From positions 32,001 through 96,000 of the IMG/VR virus record IMGVR_UViG_3300017754_002544: a stretch of DNA of 64,000 nucleotides. One strand, 5' to 3'. The notes beneath the pieces were generated by a model, which saw only the letters and a list, made by a program, of their open reading frames with translations, was not told the origin of the DNA and ran no database searches. Positions 40,874 to 51,820 of the stretch are shown piece by piece (the first letter of the stretch is position 1; each line of letters begins with the position of its first letter). The translations under genes were made by a program, and so were the position numbers. This DNA comes from a virus.

Positions 40874-41353
40874 TCAAATCTTTTTAGTTAATATAAGACA
40901 TCCTTCTGAGTCAAGTTTTGGTACTAAACAATCAGACATTTTTTCTATATCAGAGTGCTTCCACATAAGATAATCTTCACGCATCTCAATCTCAACTTCT
41001 ATCTCACTTGGTTGTAATAAAGCAACTAATTCGGTAAATGTTCTGTTAGGATGATTTTCTAAGGAGTTAAATGCTTTTCTAATATTAGATAAAGTAAACA
41101 CCTTATCTTTATTCAACTCCATTGCTTTGTTGAAGCCTGCAATAAAATCTTCTGGATCATAAGAATGTGCAAATTTACTTCCATATTCCTCAGCCAACTT
41201 CTCAATATCAAATATTCCAAATAGTGAGTCACAGTTTTCAAATGATAACAGATACATTTCTTTTGAGGGCACTCTTGTTCCTGTGCTTCCAATTTGTTTA
41301 TCTTCTACAAACAATCGGTAGTGGTCTTTGTCTTTCCTAAGTTTTGCTTTCAT
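40874..41353 (-). CDS. Hypothetical protein
   Basis: 159 aa ORF containing a LAEEY...FIAGF segment. Confidence 0.6.
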   Translation of the reverse strand: MKAKLRKDKDHYRLFVEDKQIGSTGTRVPSKEMYLLSFENCDSLFGIFDIEKLAEEYGSKFAHSYDPEDFIAGFNKAMELNKDKVFTLSNIRKAFNSLENHPNRTFTELVALLQPSEIEVEIEMREDYLMWKHSDIEKMSDCLVPKLDSEGCLILTKKI

Positions 41354-41840
41354 CTTCTAATTTTTTAAGTTGTTCTTTAAATGTTTCCAAAGTAATTGTT
41401 ACATTTAAAATATTTACACCTTCGGTTAATAATTCAGTCAGTAAATCAATCTGTGCCTTAATCTTTATGATGTTTACCCATCTATAGAATTCTTCTTCAT
41501 TAATATTTTTCATATTATTTTCTTTTACTTTTACCTACTATATAACCAAAAATAAACCATAGAACAAACCCTATGTGTGCTATAACTAATACCAATGTCA
41601 TACTATAAATTATTTTTAATGTACTCTAATACTTCAGGAGAAGCACTAGCTTTAAACTTACTCTGATTAATGTGATCAAACATTCTATAGAATACCATAG
41701 CATTGTCTTGTATATTATCAAAGCTGTTTATTCTATCTAGTTTCTCCGTGACATAACCATACTGGTTATCATAAGTATTCCATATATCTGTGGCAATACT
41801 TTTCATCTCATTAAATATTTCTTGACTTGGTGTTTCCATA

Positions 41841-42203
41841 TTATTTTAGTTTTAAAATTTCTGTTACAATATACTGCACTAGATATGCATATACTTCTTC
41901 TGTTTCATATCCTGGTTGTATACCTATTCTACTTAATATAGAATAAGCTGCATGATAAGCTTCATGTGCTACTAAACCAATCATTTTTGCATCTCTGCCT
42001 ATTTTGTCTCTAAATCTAACTATAACAAATCCATCACTATGAGTAGCAGTTCTAGCATCTGATCTTTTCCAATCATCAAATGCAAAATCAAACTGCTCTC
42101 TAGTAAACTTACTACATACAGCATCATATAGCTTATCATCTGATTGATTTATAGATACTAATACATCTGTATTAAATACATCTATTGGTATTACTTTGAA
42201 CAT
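41841..42203 (-). CDS. Small zincin-like HExxH protein
   Basis: AHEAYH...EEVYAY. Confidence 0.6.
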   Translation of the reverse strand: MFKVIPIDVFNTDVLVSINQSDDKLYDAVCSKFTREQFDFAFDDWKRSDARTATHSDGFVIVRFRDKIGRDAKMIGLVAHEAYHAAYSILSRIGIQPGYETEEVYAYLVQYIVTEILKLK

Positions 42204-42231
42204 TTTATTCTCATTTAAAATATTAAAAAAA

Positions 42232-42270
42232 GGAGAGGTGTCTCCGACGACCAAGTGTTAACACCTCTCC
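42232..42270 (-). terminator. Terminator within early array
   Basis: ggagaggtgt...acacctctcc 10-bp stem, T run on the minus strand. Confidence 0.75.
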
Positions 42271-42871
42271 ATAAGCTACAAAAACAGTATGAATACTGAG
42301 TTTGGATGAGCAGTTTAATATTATGCTCAGAATAATTATTACTTATTTGTAAGTATTTATTTCTTTATTAGTCAACCTTGAAAGTAGCACCAGAGCATTA
42401 TAATCATGTGTTCTTTTTTTATCTATTACTTCTAATAAATTATCAATGTCATAGAGAACTTCCCATAAGTACTCTTCCCTCCTGTTTTCTTCAATAAATG
42501 CTTGTTCAACTTCCTGTATTAAATCAATTACTATTTGACTATAATTTTCCATATTATAAAAAGAATCATGACTTAGTTCTTTTAATGTTTCCATATTACT
42601 TAGTTTTAAATATTAAATTATTTGAAGGACTCTTTGTATTTCCCATACTTTTTGTTGAGCAGCATATTTCATCAATTTTTCAAACACATTCTCTAATGTA
42701 TCAGTATCATATACCTTGATAGAATCACCATTTAACTTAAAAGAATTTCTGTCTTCTTCAAATCCTAAATTTTTTAAAGCATTTTTTATTTCATTAATTC
42801 TATTCTCTTGCTTAGATGCTTTTTGATTTTCTCTCATTTTTTGTAGAATTTCTTCTGGTATGTGTGTCATA

Positions 42872-43186
42872 TTACTTAGTTTTAGTTAATACTTTATGTT
42901 TATATCTTCTGTGGTCTCTCATAGTAGCAGCCCATTCTTCACCACCTTTGTAGTAGATCATAGTACCACCTCTAGCAGCTCTGTTTGCTAAATCTCTTTC
43001 TTTCTTCTTAGGATCCTGTATAAAAGTGATTAGTCTCCTGGATACTTTAAACATCTTGGCTAGCTTCCTCTGACTTAGCCCTTGTTTAGTCCAGTATAAA
43101 ACCATCTCTTTTTGACAAGGAAGAAGCTTAACTCTCCTGTCTAAGAATGGAGAATCAAGCTTCATTTTATCTGTCTTGTAAGGCAT
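42872..43186 (-). CDS. HTH DNA-binding protein
   Basis: GLSQRKLAKMFKVSRRLI. Confidence 0.65.
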   Translation of the reverse strand: MPYKTDKMKLDSPFLDRRVKLLPCQKEMVLYWTKQGLSQRKLAKMFKVSRRLITFIQDPKKKERDLANRAARGGTMIYYKGGEEWAATMRDHRRYKHKVLTKTK

Positions 43187-43189
43187 TAT

Positions 43190-43603
43190 TTAAAGACTAT
43201 CTAAACATTTTTGCACCCATTTAGTACTAAACCAACAGAAACCTTCACCTAAAAACACTTTTGCATTTTTAGATATAGATATAATATCAATTGTTTGATC
43301 TGAAAATGTTAGTGTTTTAGATTCTTTGGTCTCTATAACTGATTTAACTAAATTAAAAAAATCAATAACATCTTGTTTAGAAGAAAACTTTATTGTTTTA
43401 TACTCTACTATTTGTTGATACTGGCAATCTCTAAATATTAAAATATATTCATGTATAGAAGTAGAATCTATCGCTTTATATATAGCATGAAACCCCATTT
43501 TATGTTGATAAATCCGATCATACTTAGGAGTATCTTCTACTTTAATTTGTGCGTTAGTATTTAAACTAAAAAATATTGCTAGTGTTAAAATTAAATTTTT
43601 CAT
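43190..43603 (-). CDS. Exported hypothetical protein
   Basis: Signal peptide MKNLILTLAIFFSLNTNA|Q. Confidence 0.6.
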   Translation of the reverse strand: MKNLILTLAIFFSLNTNAQIKVEDTPKYDRIYQHKMGFHAIYKAIDSTSIHEYILIFRDCQYQQIVEYKTIKFSSKQDVIDFFNLVKSVIETKESKTLTFSDQTIDIISISKNAKVFLGEGFCWFSTKWVQKCLDSL

Positions 43604-44218
43604 ACTTTTTATTTTATTATTTGTTTTTCAATTGTATTTAATAAACTTTGAACGTCCTCAAACTTTGAGAATCTAATTGCAGGAAAGGTATCAAAAAATT
43701 CTACATACCATTCATCTTCATTATCTATTTCAGTATTTGCATTAGATATTAACTCAAGACCATTTACTATCTTGTAGACATAGTATCTAAATGGCTTATC
43801 TCCACTTTCTTGAGATGATACATATATCTTTTCAAATTTTAGTAATTCTATTTCTTTTTCTGTCATTTTGAAAATATTAAAATTAAAACTATTCCTAATA
43901 CGATTGCTAATATAGTCAATTGTATCATATCTTTGCAATCTTCTTTCATAATTTTTTTGACAAATCTATTAACATTTGCTCCTGATCACTTGTGAGTAAG
44001 TATCTAGACTTGTTTATCTTATCTATAACCTCGTGCCATTCATAGTCAATAGCTGATGGAGATGTTACTTCGTTTATATTTCTTCTAGAAATTATAACAA
44101 AACCATCTTCTTCTAGCATTTCAGCTAACTCCTTTTTTTCTCTATCACATAAGTCATAATAAATATCGTCTATGTCTAAATCTACGGTTACTTCTGTTCT
44201 CATAATTTACATTTTAAA

Positions 44219-44731
44219 TTAAACACTTAATTCTTCCTTATTTACAATTGATTTTAGTTTTTCAACATATGTAGGATCACCTGCATAGTTATTCTTTAGG
44301 TATTGATAATAATCCTTCTTACTTTTAATCTTAAATACAAATGTTGATTGGTATAGTGCGTAATCATACACCGATTGCTCCCAGGATGAATACTTAGCGT
44401 GTTTTAAGTATTCTCCGGAATTTGTAGTAGGTCTAATACTAGCGACCTTCATACCGAATAAGTTGTTTCCAACGCTAAAAGACTTAGATTTAAAATGTCC
44501 TGATTCCAATACAGCTTGAGCATAAACTATCTCAGGATACTTTAAATTTAACTTATCTATCAACTCTTTTAGTTTTTCTTGAGAGAACTCCTCTCCATTT
44601 TTATAAACAAATACAATCTTTTCAGTTGGTTTTTTATAGTCTTCAACAACCTTAGACAACTTTTCTGATTCTTTACAAGAACCTACTAGCAATACTATTG
44701 CTAGAGCTTTTAATACATTTCCTATTTTCAT
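44219..44731 (-). CDS. GH73 glucosaminidase-like lipoprotein
   Basis: Lipobox-like LLVGSC; AQAVLESG, NNLFGMK, YAGDPTY. Confidence 0.8.
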   Translation of the reverse strand: MKIGNVLKALAIVLLVGSCKESEKLSKVVEDYKKPTEKIVFVYKNGEEFSQEKLKELIDKLNLKYPEIVYAQAVLESGHFKSKSFSVGNNLFGMKVASIRPTTNSGEYLKHAKYSSWEQSVYDYALYQSTFVFKIKSKKDYYQYLKNNYAGDPTYVEKLKSIVNKEELSV

Positions 44732-45579
44732 AACTTCTTTCCTTATTTCGTATCACTATCATCGTTTTATTATCTACGCCATTTATTGTTTATGAAACCA
44801 TCGGCCATACAAATAAGCCAAGAGCCTCCAATAACAATAATTAATATCCATTGTATTGCATTAGGTTGAGCAGCTAAAATCATATCTCTATTGTTTTTGA
44901 TAAGTTAATAATTAATTCGTCATAATTCTTAATCATTTCATCAGCTACAAGTTTTAGTCTATCATCTGTTGTAGTTTTGAAATTACTATCTAAATGGTAT
45001 TGTAAAGTCCTCTGAGGAATCTCAATACCAATACTCTTTAGTACATGGTGAAGGTCTAGAGTACTTATTCTTCTTTCTTTCATTCTGTAATAAACTTTTC
45101 TATCTAATGCTTCTGTTGAACTATTCATCTATTTCATTTTTTATTTTTTTTAATACATCATCGGCTGCGTCAGCCATTCTATTTAAGTCATCTTCTATTT
45201 CAGTACTTCCAAAGTTCTCTACTTCATTCCTCACTTTCATATACTTAGCTAACATTCTCAATCGTCTAGGTGGAATTATTAACAAAGTGTTTGCAAGTTC
45301 AATGGAATATTTTTTCAAAACTTCATACTCTTTATCAGTTAACATATCATTACTTTTTTATGTATATAGGTTGATCAATTACTTGATACTCACAAGAGTC
45401 CTTATCCTCTATAGCTTTTATTCCTTCAACAGAGTATATTGATACACTAACTATAGAAAAGGTAAAAGCAATTATAATAGGAATTAAATACTTAGGATTA
45501 AGCTTTTCAGACAATAACATAATTGCATAGAGGCAAGCTCCATAAATAAAAGATAAACATATTATTAAGTGTAGTAGCA

Positions 45580-45942
45580 TCATAGCTTATTTAATTTTTC
45601 ATTAATCCTTTCTTTAACAATTTCTATATCATCATTTGTTGGTACATAGTCATTGTATAATTCTTTTGGTACACTGTCCCAAGCATCTGAGTAGTTGGTG
45701 ACGTTAAAGCCTCTACTTAAACACTCATCGTATATAGATAAATATCTAATCTTAAGATACTTAAGCTTATCATAGAAGAACTTAACATGACCTTTACCTA
45801 ATGTGAACTTGTCTGGTTTACCATCCAATGAATATCTTCCTGACTTTATTACATTTGGTATCCTTTTTATTTCTCTATGTTCAGCTATCAAATGTTTGCT
45901 ATGCAAATTCTTTGGAGGTATTCCACAATTAATTCTAGTCAT
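45580..45942 (-). CDS. denV: Pyrimidine-dimer DNA glycosylase (T4 endonuclease V)
   Basis: MTRIN...HLIAEHREIKRI...FTLGKGHVKFFYDKL..L..RY...ECL.RGF. Confidence 0.92.
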   Translation of the reverse strand: MTRINCGIPPKNLHSKHLIAEHREIKRIPNVIKSGRYSLDGKPDKFTLGKGHVKFFYDKLKYLKIRYLSIYDECLSRGFNVTNYSDAWDSVPKELYNDYVPTNDDIEIVKERINEKLNKL

Positions 45943-46113
45943 TCTGTATCTCTAAATAATGTTTAGCTTTATCTATTGCTCTATAATAGTAGTCCCAGGT
46001 TAATCCCATTCTACTTAGTTCATCCTGGAATTCAGTACACGTATTTTTATTATCTAACATCACTGTGTAAAATAATAATGTTCTAATTAAATCTTTCTCC
46101 ATTCTATTATGAT

Positions 46114-46335
46114 TTAAAGATTTTCTATTTCTTGTTTAACTTCTTGCCAGTATTTAATTATTGAATAATATTCAGAATTTAATATACCAGTATAATTATT
46201 ATAATTTATGACTTCATTAACTGCAATTAAAGCAATTAATATAGCATCTTCTGTATATATTGTTACGTGTCTTTGCTCGAATAAATCATCTTTAAATTTA
46301 TTTACCAACTCTTTTGCTTTCTCTTTTGGTGTCAT
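46114..46335 (-). CDS. Small phage protein (MTPKEKAKEL...YWQEVKQEI family)
   Basis: 73 aa; bounded by junction repeats. Confidence 0.65.
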   Translation of the reverse strand: MTPKEKAKELVNKFKDDLFEQRHVTIYTEDAILIALIAVNEVINYNNYTGILNSEYYSIIKYWQEVKQEIENL

Positions 46336-46336
46336 T

Positions 46337-46651
46337 TTATTCTGATTTACTTTCTACAATCTCAATACAGTATTTAAGACAAGCAAGTTCTGCTTCTTCA
46401 TAGGTGTACTCACCAGTATCTAACAATTCATCCATAATCCAAATGTGTTTCAATCTGTGCTTTTCTCTAAACCATCTAAATGCTTGTTGAAATAGTGGTG
46501 CTTTAAAATCAATTGTTCTTGCTTCATCATCAATAAGGTCTGCAAGAATATAGTCATTTTCACCTTTCCACCAATACATAAAACAAGGCTCATCAAATCC
46601 AAGTTGCTTCATTCTTAAAGCTAACTCATAAGATACAAATTCTTTTTTCAT
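46337..46651 (-). CDS. Small phage protein (KQLGFDEPC...QAFRWFREK family)
   Basis: Start at 46651 directly after a junction repeat; ends SKSE. Confidence 0.65.
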   Translation of the reverse strand: MKKEFVSYELALRMKQLGFDEPCFMYWWKGENDYILADLIDDEARTIDFKAPLFQQAFRWFREKHRLKHIWIMDELLDTGEYTYEEAELACLKYCIEIVESKSE

Positions 46652-46652
46652 G

Positions 46653-46889
46653 CTATTCTGATTTAAATGTTTCGTTGTAGTATTGTTCTGCTTTTTTATC
46701 ATCATATCCATAATAAACATTTTCTGTAATTAATCCTTTGTCAAAAGCATCAATAATCTGCTGTTTCTCCATTTCTTTTGCTTGTTGAACTAAGTCCCTA
46801 AATAATTGAGAATGTTTAACATGAGGGAAATCTTTTAGGTTTTTAGCTAACCACTCTACTGCACTTTTTTGGTTTTCCATACTAATCAT
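46653..46889 (-). CDS. AVEWL...FKSE mini-protein paralog
   Basis: QKSAVEWL...QAKEMEKQQIIDA...AEQYYNETFKSE. Confidence 0.75.
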   Translation of the reverse strand: MISMENQKSAVEWLAKNLKDFPHVKHSQLFRDLVQQAKEMEKQQIIDAFDKGLITENVYYGYDDKKAEQYYNETFKSE

Positions 46890-47332
46890 TTATTGAAAGT
46901 CCTGCATCATTTAAGAATTCTCTTATAGTTTCTCTTATTGATTCATAAACTTCGTATTCATTTTCTTTTAGTTCTTCATACTTCATTTTGGATCTACAAT
47001 GCTGGTCCAAGTCCCATAAGATATACTTATACTTGTGACCATTTATCGCATCTCTGATGTCCTCTGCTTCTTCTATAGAATCAAATTCTAATATAACTTT
47101 TCCCATACTTCATCTATATTATAAGTTTCATTTGGATATTCTTCTTTTACGAATGAATCAACCTCTGTAGAATCGTCAAGATAATAATCATCTGGCTCAG
47201 ATAAGAATTGTTTTAAAGCTAAACATATCGCTGATTGTAAGTCTTCAGCCTCAACTTCTATTCTTTTATAAGATTCCCATCTAATAGGAATACTATATGT
47301 TTTATTCACTTTTCCCATAACTTATTATTTAT

Positions 47333-48190
47333 TTATACTTTTAGGTTTTTAAATATGTGAGCAATAACATCAACAGTCCATCCATCACCTAGCAAACAAG
47401 CAGCATCATTTCTAGATAGAAGTTTAGTGTAACCATTAGGTACATTCTGTGCCCTCTCCATTTCATTTTGATTCATGTATCTTACATCACCTTCTTCAGC
47501 TAACTCATAGTTATCTTTAAGTCTATTGTAAGTCTCTTCATCTTTAAATATAACTTGCCAAAATCCGTATTTGAAATATCTTCTAGCAATTTTTATTGGA
47601 TTCTTTAGAGGTCTCGAATAAGATTCTAATAAGCACATACCCTTATCTCTATCAACATAACCCTCATCAAGAATATCTCTTAGATTAATTCCTTTATCTT
47701 GAGGTAAGTCTTCTATTGGAATATTAGTCCAATAAAATCTATCTCTCAATACACCACTAACCAAAGAACTATTTATTCTAATAGGCTGAACACCAAGCTC
47801 TTCGCTAATTAAATCTTGCCATTCTTTTTTCATTCTAACATTTTCCAATAAGAAATACTTAGGCTTAAGTTCTTTAAGTAATCTTACATATTCCCAAAAC
47901 AATCCTGACTTCTCACCATCAGCACCCTTCTGAACTCTATTAGCCCGGCTAAAGTCTTGACAAGGAGAACCTCCAATAAGTAAATCAATCTTAGGCAAAT
48001 TATTTGCAGATAATTTCGTAACGTCACCCACCTGGTGTGTATTAGGAAAGTTAGATTGAGTAACTGCCATAGCGTGTGGTTTTATTTCACTAGCAAAGTA
48101 GTTCTCATAGTTTATACCCAATTTGTTGAGGGCGATTTGTCCGCAACTCATACCATCGAACAAACTTAATACATTTTTAATTTGATTCAT
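47333..48190 (-). CDS. DNA (cytosine-5) methyltransferase
   Basis: LFDGMSCG, GGSPCQ, LENV, R.R.YW, LGDGW. Confidence 0.92.
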   Translation of the reverse strand: MNQIKNVLSLFDGMSCGQIALNKLGINYENYFASEIKPHAMAVTQSNFPNTHQVGDVTKLSANNLPKIDLLIGGSPCQDFSRANRVQKGADGEKSGLFWEYVRLLKELKPKYFLLENVRMKKEWQDLISEELGVQPIRINSSLVSGVLRDRFYWTNIPIEDLPQDKGINLRDILDEGYVDRDKGMCLLESYSRPLKNPIKIARRYFKYGFWQVIFKDEETYNRLKDNYELAEEGDVRYMNQNEMERAQNVPNGYTKLLSRNDAACLLGDGWTVDVIAHIFKNLKV

Positions 48191-48196
48191 AACTTT

Positions 48197-49087
48197 TTAT
48201 TTTAAATTTTTAAATATGTGTACTAGAACATCAACTGTCCAACCATTACCTAGCATTCTTTTTCTTTGAGACTCTGAGACACCCTTTGTATAATTGTAAG
48301 GAACTGTTTGAAGTCTTTCGTACTCTATTATATTAAGCTCTCTTAAGTCACCATCTACAACTACACCATAGTTACAAGCAGTGTTTAGAGTATTTGATTT
48401 ACCTACTGATACTCTGCCTCTTCTTGTATTACTGTTAGGAACTTCTAAGTTAACACAATCTCCATCATTAGCTATTAAGTATCCAAGCTTTGTAGCATTC
48501 TTAATCTTGAAAGACTTGCCAAGCTTTTCAATAACAACTGGATGGTCATTGAGTATATGTTCAGTTCCTTGAGGACACAAGATATCTAATATAGTAACTC
48601 CTTTATCATTTATGTTTTTATCGAAAGGTATATTAGTCCAATACAATCTTTGTCTTTTTTGTGCTGAAAAATATTTGCTATCAATCATTATAGGTTCAAC
48701 ACCTAAAGCTTTTGTGATAATGTCTTCCCACTCTTTCTTCATAACAACATTCTCAAGTAAGAAGTACTTGGGCTTAACTTCATTAAGAACTCTTACGTAT
48801 TCCCAAAACAATTTACTCTTGCCATCGAATCCTGAACCATCTCCTGATCGACTAAAGGATTGACAAGGACTGCCACCAATTAGTAAATCAATTTTATCCT
48901 CACCAAAATTACCACCTTTAACATCTAGTACTGAACCAATATGTATTGTATTTGGATAATTCTTTTGAGCAATTTGAATTGCCCATTTATCTATCTCTGA
49001 TGCATAGTAGTCATCTACTTTAACACCTGCCTTGTTGAGGGCGATTTGTCCACATGACATTCCGTCAAATAAGCTTAGTACATTCAT
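48197..49087 (-). CDS. DNA (cytosine-5) methyltransferase
   Basis: LFDGMSCG, GGSPCQ, LENV, QKRQRLYW, LGNGW. Confidence 0.92.
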   Translation of the reverse strand: MNVLSLFDGMSCGQIALNKAGVKVDDYYASEIDKWAIQIAQKNYPNTIHIGSVLDVKGGNFGEDKIDLLIGGSPCQSFSRSGDGSGFDGKSKLFWEYVRVLNEVKPKYFLLENVVMKKEWEDIITKALGVEPIMIDSKYFSAQKRQRLYWTNIPFDKNINDKGVTILDILCPQGTEHILNDHPVVIEKLGKSFKIKNATKLGYLIANDGDCVNLEVPNSNTRRGRVSVGKSNTLNTACNYGVVVDGDLRELNIIEYERLQTVPYNYTKGVSESQRKRMLGNGWTVDVLVHIFKNLK

Positions 49088-50383
49088 ATTTTAATTTTAT
49101 TTATAAAGATAAGTAATCTATTTCAATCATTTGTATATATTCCCATGAAAATCTTTCTTTCAATGCTGCAAGTAGTTCGTCATTGTCATATTCATCTAAA
49201 CCATCACGTTCTCTTTGCAATATTTCGCTGATAGCTTCTCGTATTTGATTATCATCTAGAGTAGTTATTAAAAAGAAATCTTCTTCCTCGTATGCTGTTG
49301 TGTTAATTCTTACTGTTCTCATGCTTATTATTTTTGTTATACCATTCAATGAATTGACATACAACGTAGTGCATATCTTCCAATTTAATAGAAATTGGTC
49401 TATCTATCACGGTTTCAATATCACGTGTATCTAATTCAACTCCATCCATACTATATATCTTATCAACAATAGACATCAACCAATCCCATGAGGTGTGGTA
49501 TTTTAATTCGTGTGCACAAAAGAATTCAACCTGAATGTCATTTAATTTTTCAGGATTTTGAAATTCAATTGCATACACAAATTCTCCGTTCTCAGTTTGT
49601 TCTTCTTCATGCCCCATGAACTCTGCAATCATTCGATTTTTTTCTTCTATTGTTGTCATGATTATTTTAATTAAAATTCATATTCATTTCCATCTGCATC
49701 GTAGTAGCAGTCATAGTTATCTTTATTGATTTCTTCATCCCATTCAGTGTAGTAAAACTCATCCAATTCGTATGCTTCTTTCAATATGAATTCATCAGAC
49801 AAATGATCCATACCACCTCTGTTTCTAAGATATTCAACTAAATGTTTTTTTTCGCTGAAATATATCTCTCCATCATTTACTACGTATCCTGCGTTAATAC
49901 CTCTGCCAGTAGCATCACAGACTCTTGCAAACTTTTCCATAGCTATTTAATCTTTTAAAGTTAAACCATCATCTTGTGCAACCATATCAATTGCAAACCA
50001 TATTTGCTCCATTGTTGCACCATTAGTCAGAGCTTCATTGATGATACTCTGTGCTTGATCATCGTCATCGCAATTGTATCTATCTTTAACATCATCTATG
50101 TGCCATAGATTATCTACGAAGTAACCTGCCTTTCTTAATACTTCCTTTGCTTTCTGTATCTCGTTCATGTTATTGGTATAAAGATTTATAATCAGTTACA
50201 AAGTTTATAAGCTCTTGACTATCACCCTCACTGTGACTGTCAATCATCTCACTATCCGTTACTATTTTAGAATAGATTATATACTTATCGTTTTCTTCTA
50301 CTTCTACTGAAACAAACCAAGATCCAAATCCTTGTTTCTTTACATTAATGTGATATACATTCATATTATTTATTTTTATTAAT

Positions 50384-51052
50384 TTACACTTCCTCTTTTA
50401 ATTTTTCCATCACTTCTTCACAAGGTACTTTTTCATTAGTCCAATAGTCATAGAACTCTGTGATATATCCATCTAAAATATCTTGTTCTATCTCGTAACT
50501 ATCTTTATGTTCATACAAATATTCATGGATACCTCCACAATATTCATTCGACTTAAATAGTTTTGCATCGGTATATCCACCACGAGCATCAGCACCATTG
50601 TGTATTTGTACTATGAAATAGCTATCTCCATCAATTTCAATAGAACTATATTGTAGTATCTGAGATAAGTCTGAGTCGTAGTTGTAAGTATTTGTAACAT
50701 ACTTAACTTCAACTGAATAGTTTTCTATTAGATAATTCCAAGCTTCTGAACTAACACCATATACCTTATCATCATCAGCATCCCAATTGTCAGGATTAGT
50801 ATTAAGTTTATTGAACTCTTCACATATACTATCTAAGTCTAATCCACATAGGTAATGATATACACTAACTGTTCTATAAATATATCCGGTTTTTCTATCA
50901 AAGGAATAAGATTCTTCATCCTCGTTTTCAAAATCATCGATAGATTTTGTAGCATTTCTTTGCCACATTCTACCATCAGTACCACCTGAATCTAAGAAGT
51001 GAACTCCTGTATTTTCAGTAAGCATACTATAAACTATATCTTTTACTCTCAT
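50384..51052 (-). CDS. Conserved-looking hypothetical protein
   Basis: ENTG.HFLDSGG..GR.WQRN...QIHNGADARGGYTD. Confidence 0.6.
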   Translation of the reverse strand: MRVKDIVYSMLTENTGVHFLDSGGTDGRMWQRNATKSIDDFENEDEESYSFDRKTGYIYRTVSVYHYLCGLDLDSICEEFNKLNTNPDNWDADDDKVYGVSSEAWNYLIENYSVEVKYVTNTYNYDSDLSQILQYSSIEIDGDSYFIVQIHNGADARGGYTDAKLFKSNEYCGGIHEYLYEHKDSYEIEQDILDGYITEFYDYWTNEKVPCEEVMEKLKEEV

Positions 51053-51236
51053 TCTATTTTTATTTTAGTCATTTTCTATATTAAACTTATTGCATAAAAT
51101 TTCTCTAATCACATCTTGTGCATCGAACTCTGTTGGGTCATCTGTATCTGTACAATCTTTTATTATACCTTCTTCAACCATTTTCCCAACGATAATAATT
51201 GACAAATCTTTAATGTCATCTAATGTTTTAATTGTG

Positions 51237-51338
51237 CTCATTCTATTCTGATTTAAAGGTTTATAAATTCTATAACTACCAATGGTTGTTCTTCATTCTC
51301 TGATTTTAGTCTCATATTTATTCTGATTTAAAGGTTTC
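51237..51338. repeat. 102-bp exact direct repeat, copy 2 (part of junction cluster 3)
   Basis: Identical to 39860-39961; cores at 51245 and 51320, with another core at 51823. Confidence 0.9.
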
Positions 51339-51539
51339 GTTGTAGTATTGTTCAGGATTTTTTAACCTGCCTTTATATGGGTGGATACATTCTAATTCAT
51401 AGTTATCTGCAAAATCTATCATCTGCTCTTTCTCCATTTCTTTGGCTTGTTTAATCCATATATTAGGTATATGCACTGAATCTTTAGTCAATATTTCAAT
51501 CAACCATTCTACTGCTGTCTGTTTTTCCATTCTTTCCAT
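51318..51539 (-). CDS. AVEWL...FKSE mini-protein paralog
   Basis: MERMEKQTAVEWL...QAKEMEKEQMID...EQYYNETFKSE. Confidence 0.75.
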   Translation of the reverse strand: MERMEKQTAVEWLIEILTKDSVHIPNIWIKQAKEMEKEQMIDFADNYELECIHPYKGRLKNPEQYYNETFKSE

Positions 51540-51820
51540 ATTATTTAATTTTATATAGTGAGTAACTGTTTATGATTGATTCTTTATTAACACCTGCGGT
51601 TACTTTACTACTAGTCCATTCACCATTAGTACGTACAAAAGCTTCACCTTTTTCACTTGCTGCTTTCAATGCAGCTTCTACATGGATCTTAGCAAATTCA
51701 ATTGCTTTATCATAAGAACAAACAGGGGTAAATTCACCTTCTTTATTCTTTACAGAATAAGCTGTATATAAACCATTATCTAACTCAAAAAACTCTTCTG
51801 CTGTTGGTATTTTTTCCATT

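Larger units (their letters stand above)
46106..46667 (-). repeat. Junction repeat cluster 2
   Basis: Copies at 46106 (attatgatttaaa), 46339 (attctgatttac), 46655 (attctgatttaaa). Confidence 0.8.

Noticed and set aside
39941-51539. Diversity-generating retroelement behind the paralogs or the 102-bp repeat
   Set aside because: No reverse transcriptase in the window; the repeat is exact and paralog differences are not adenine-specific.
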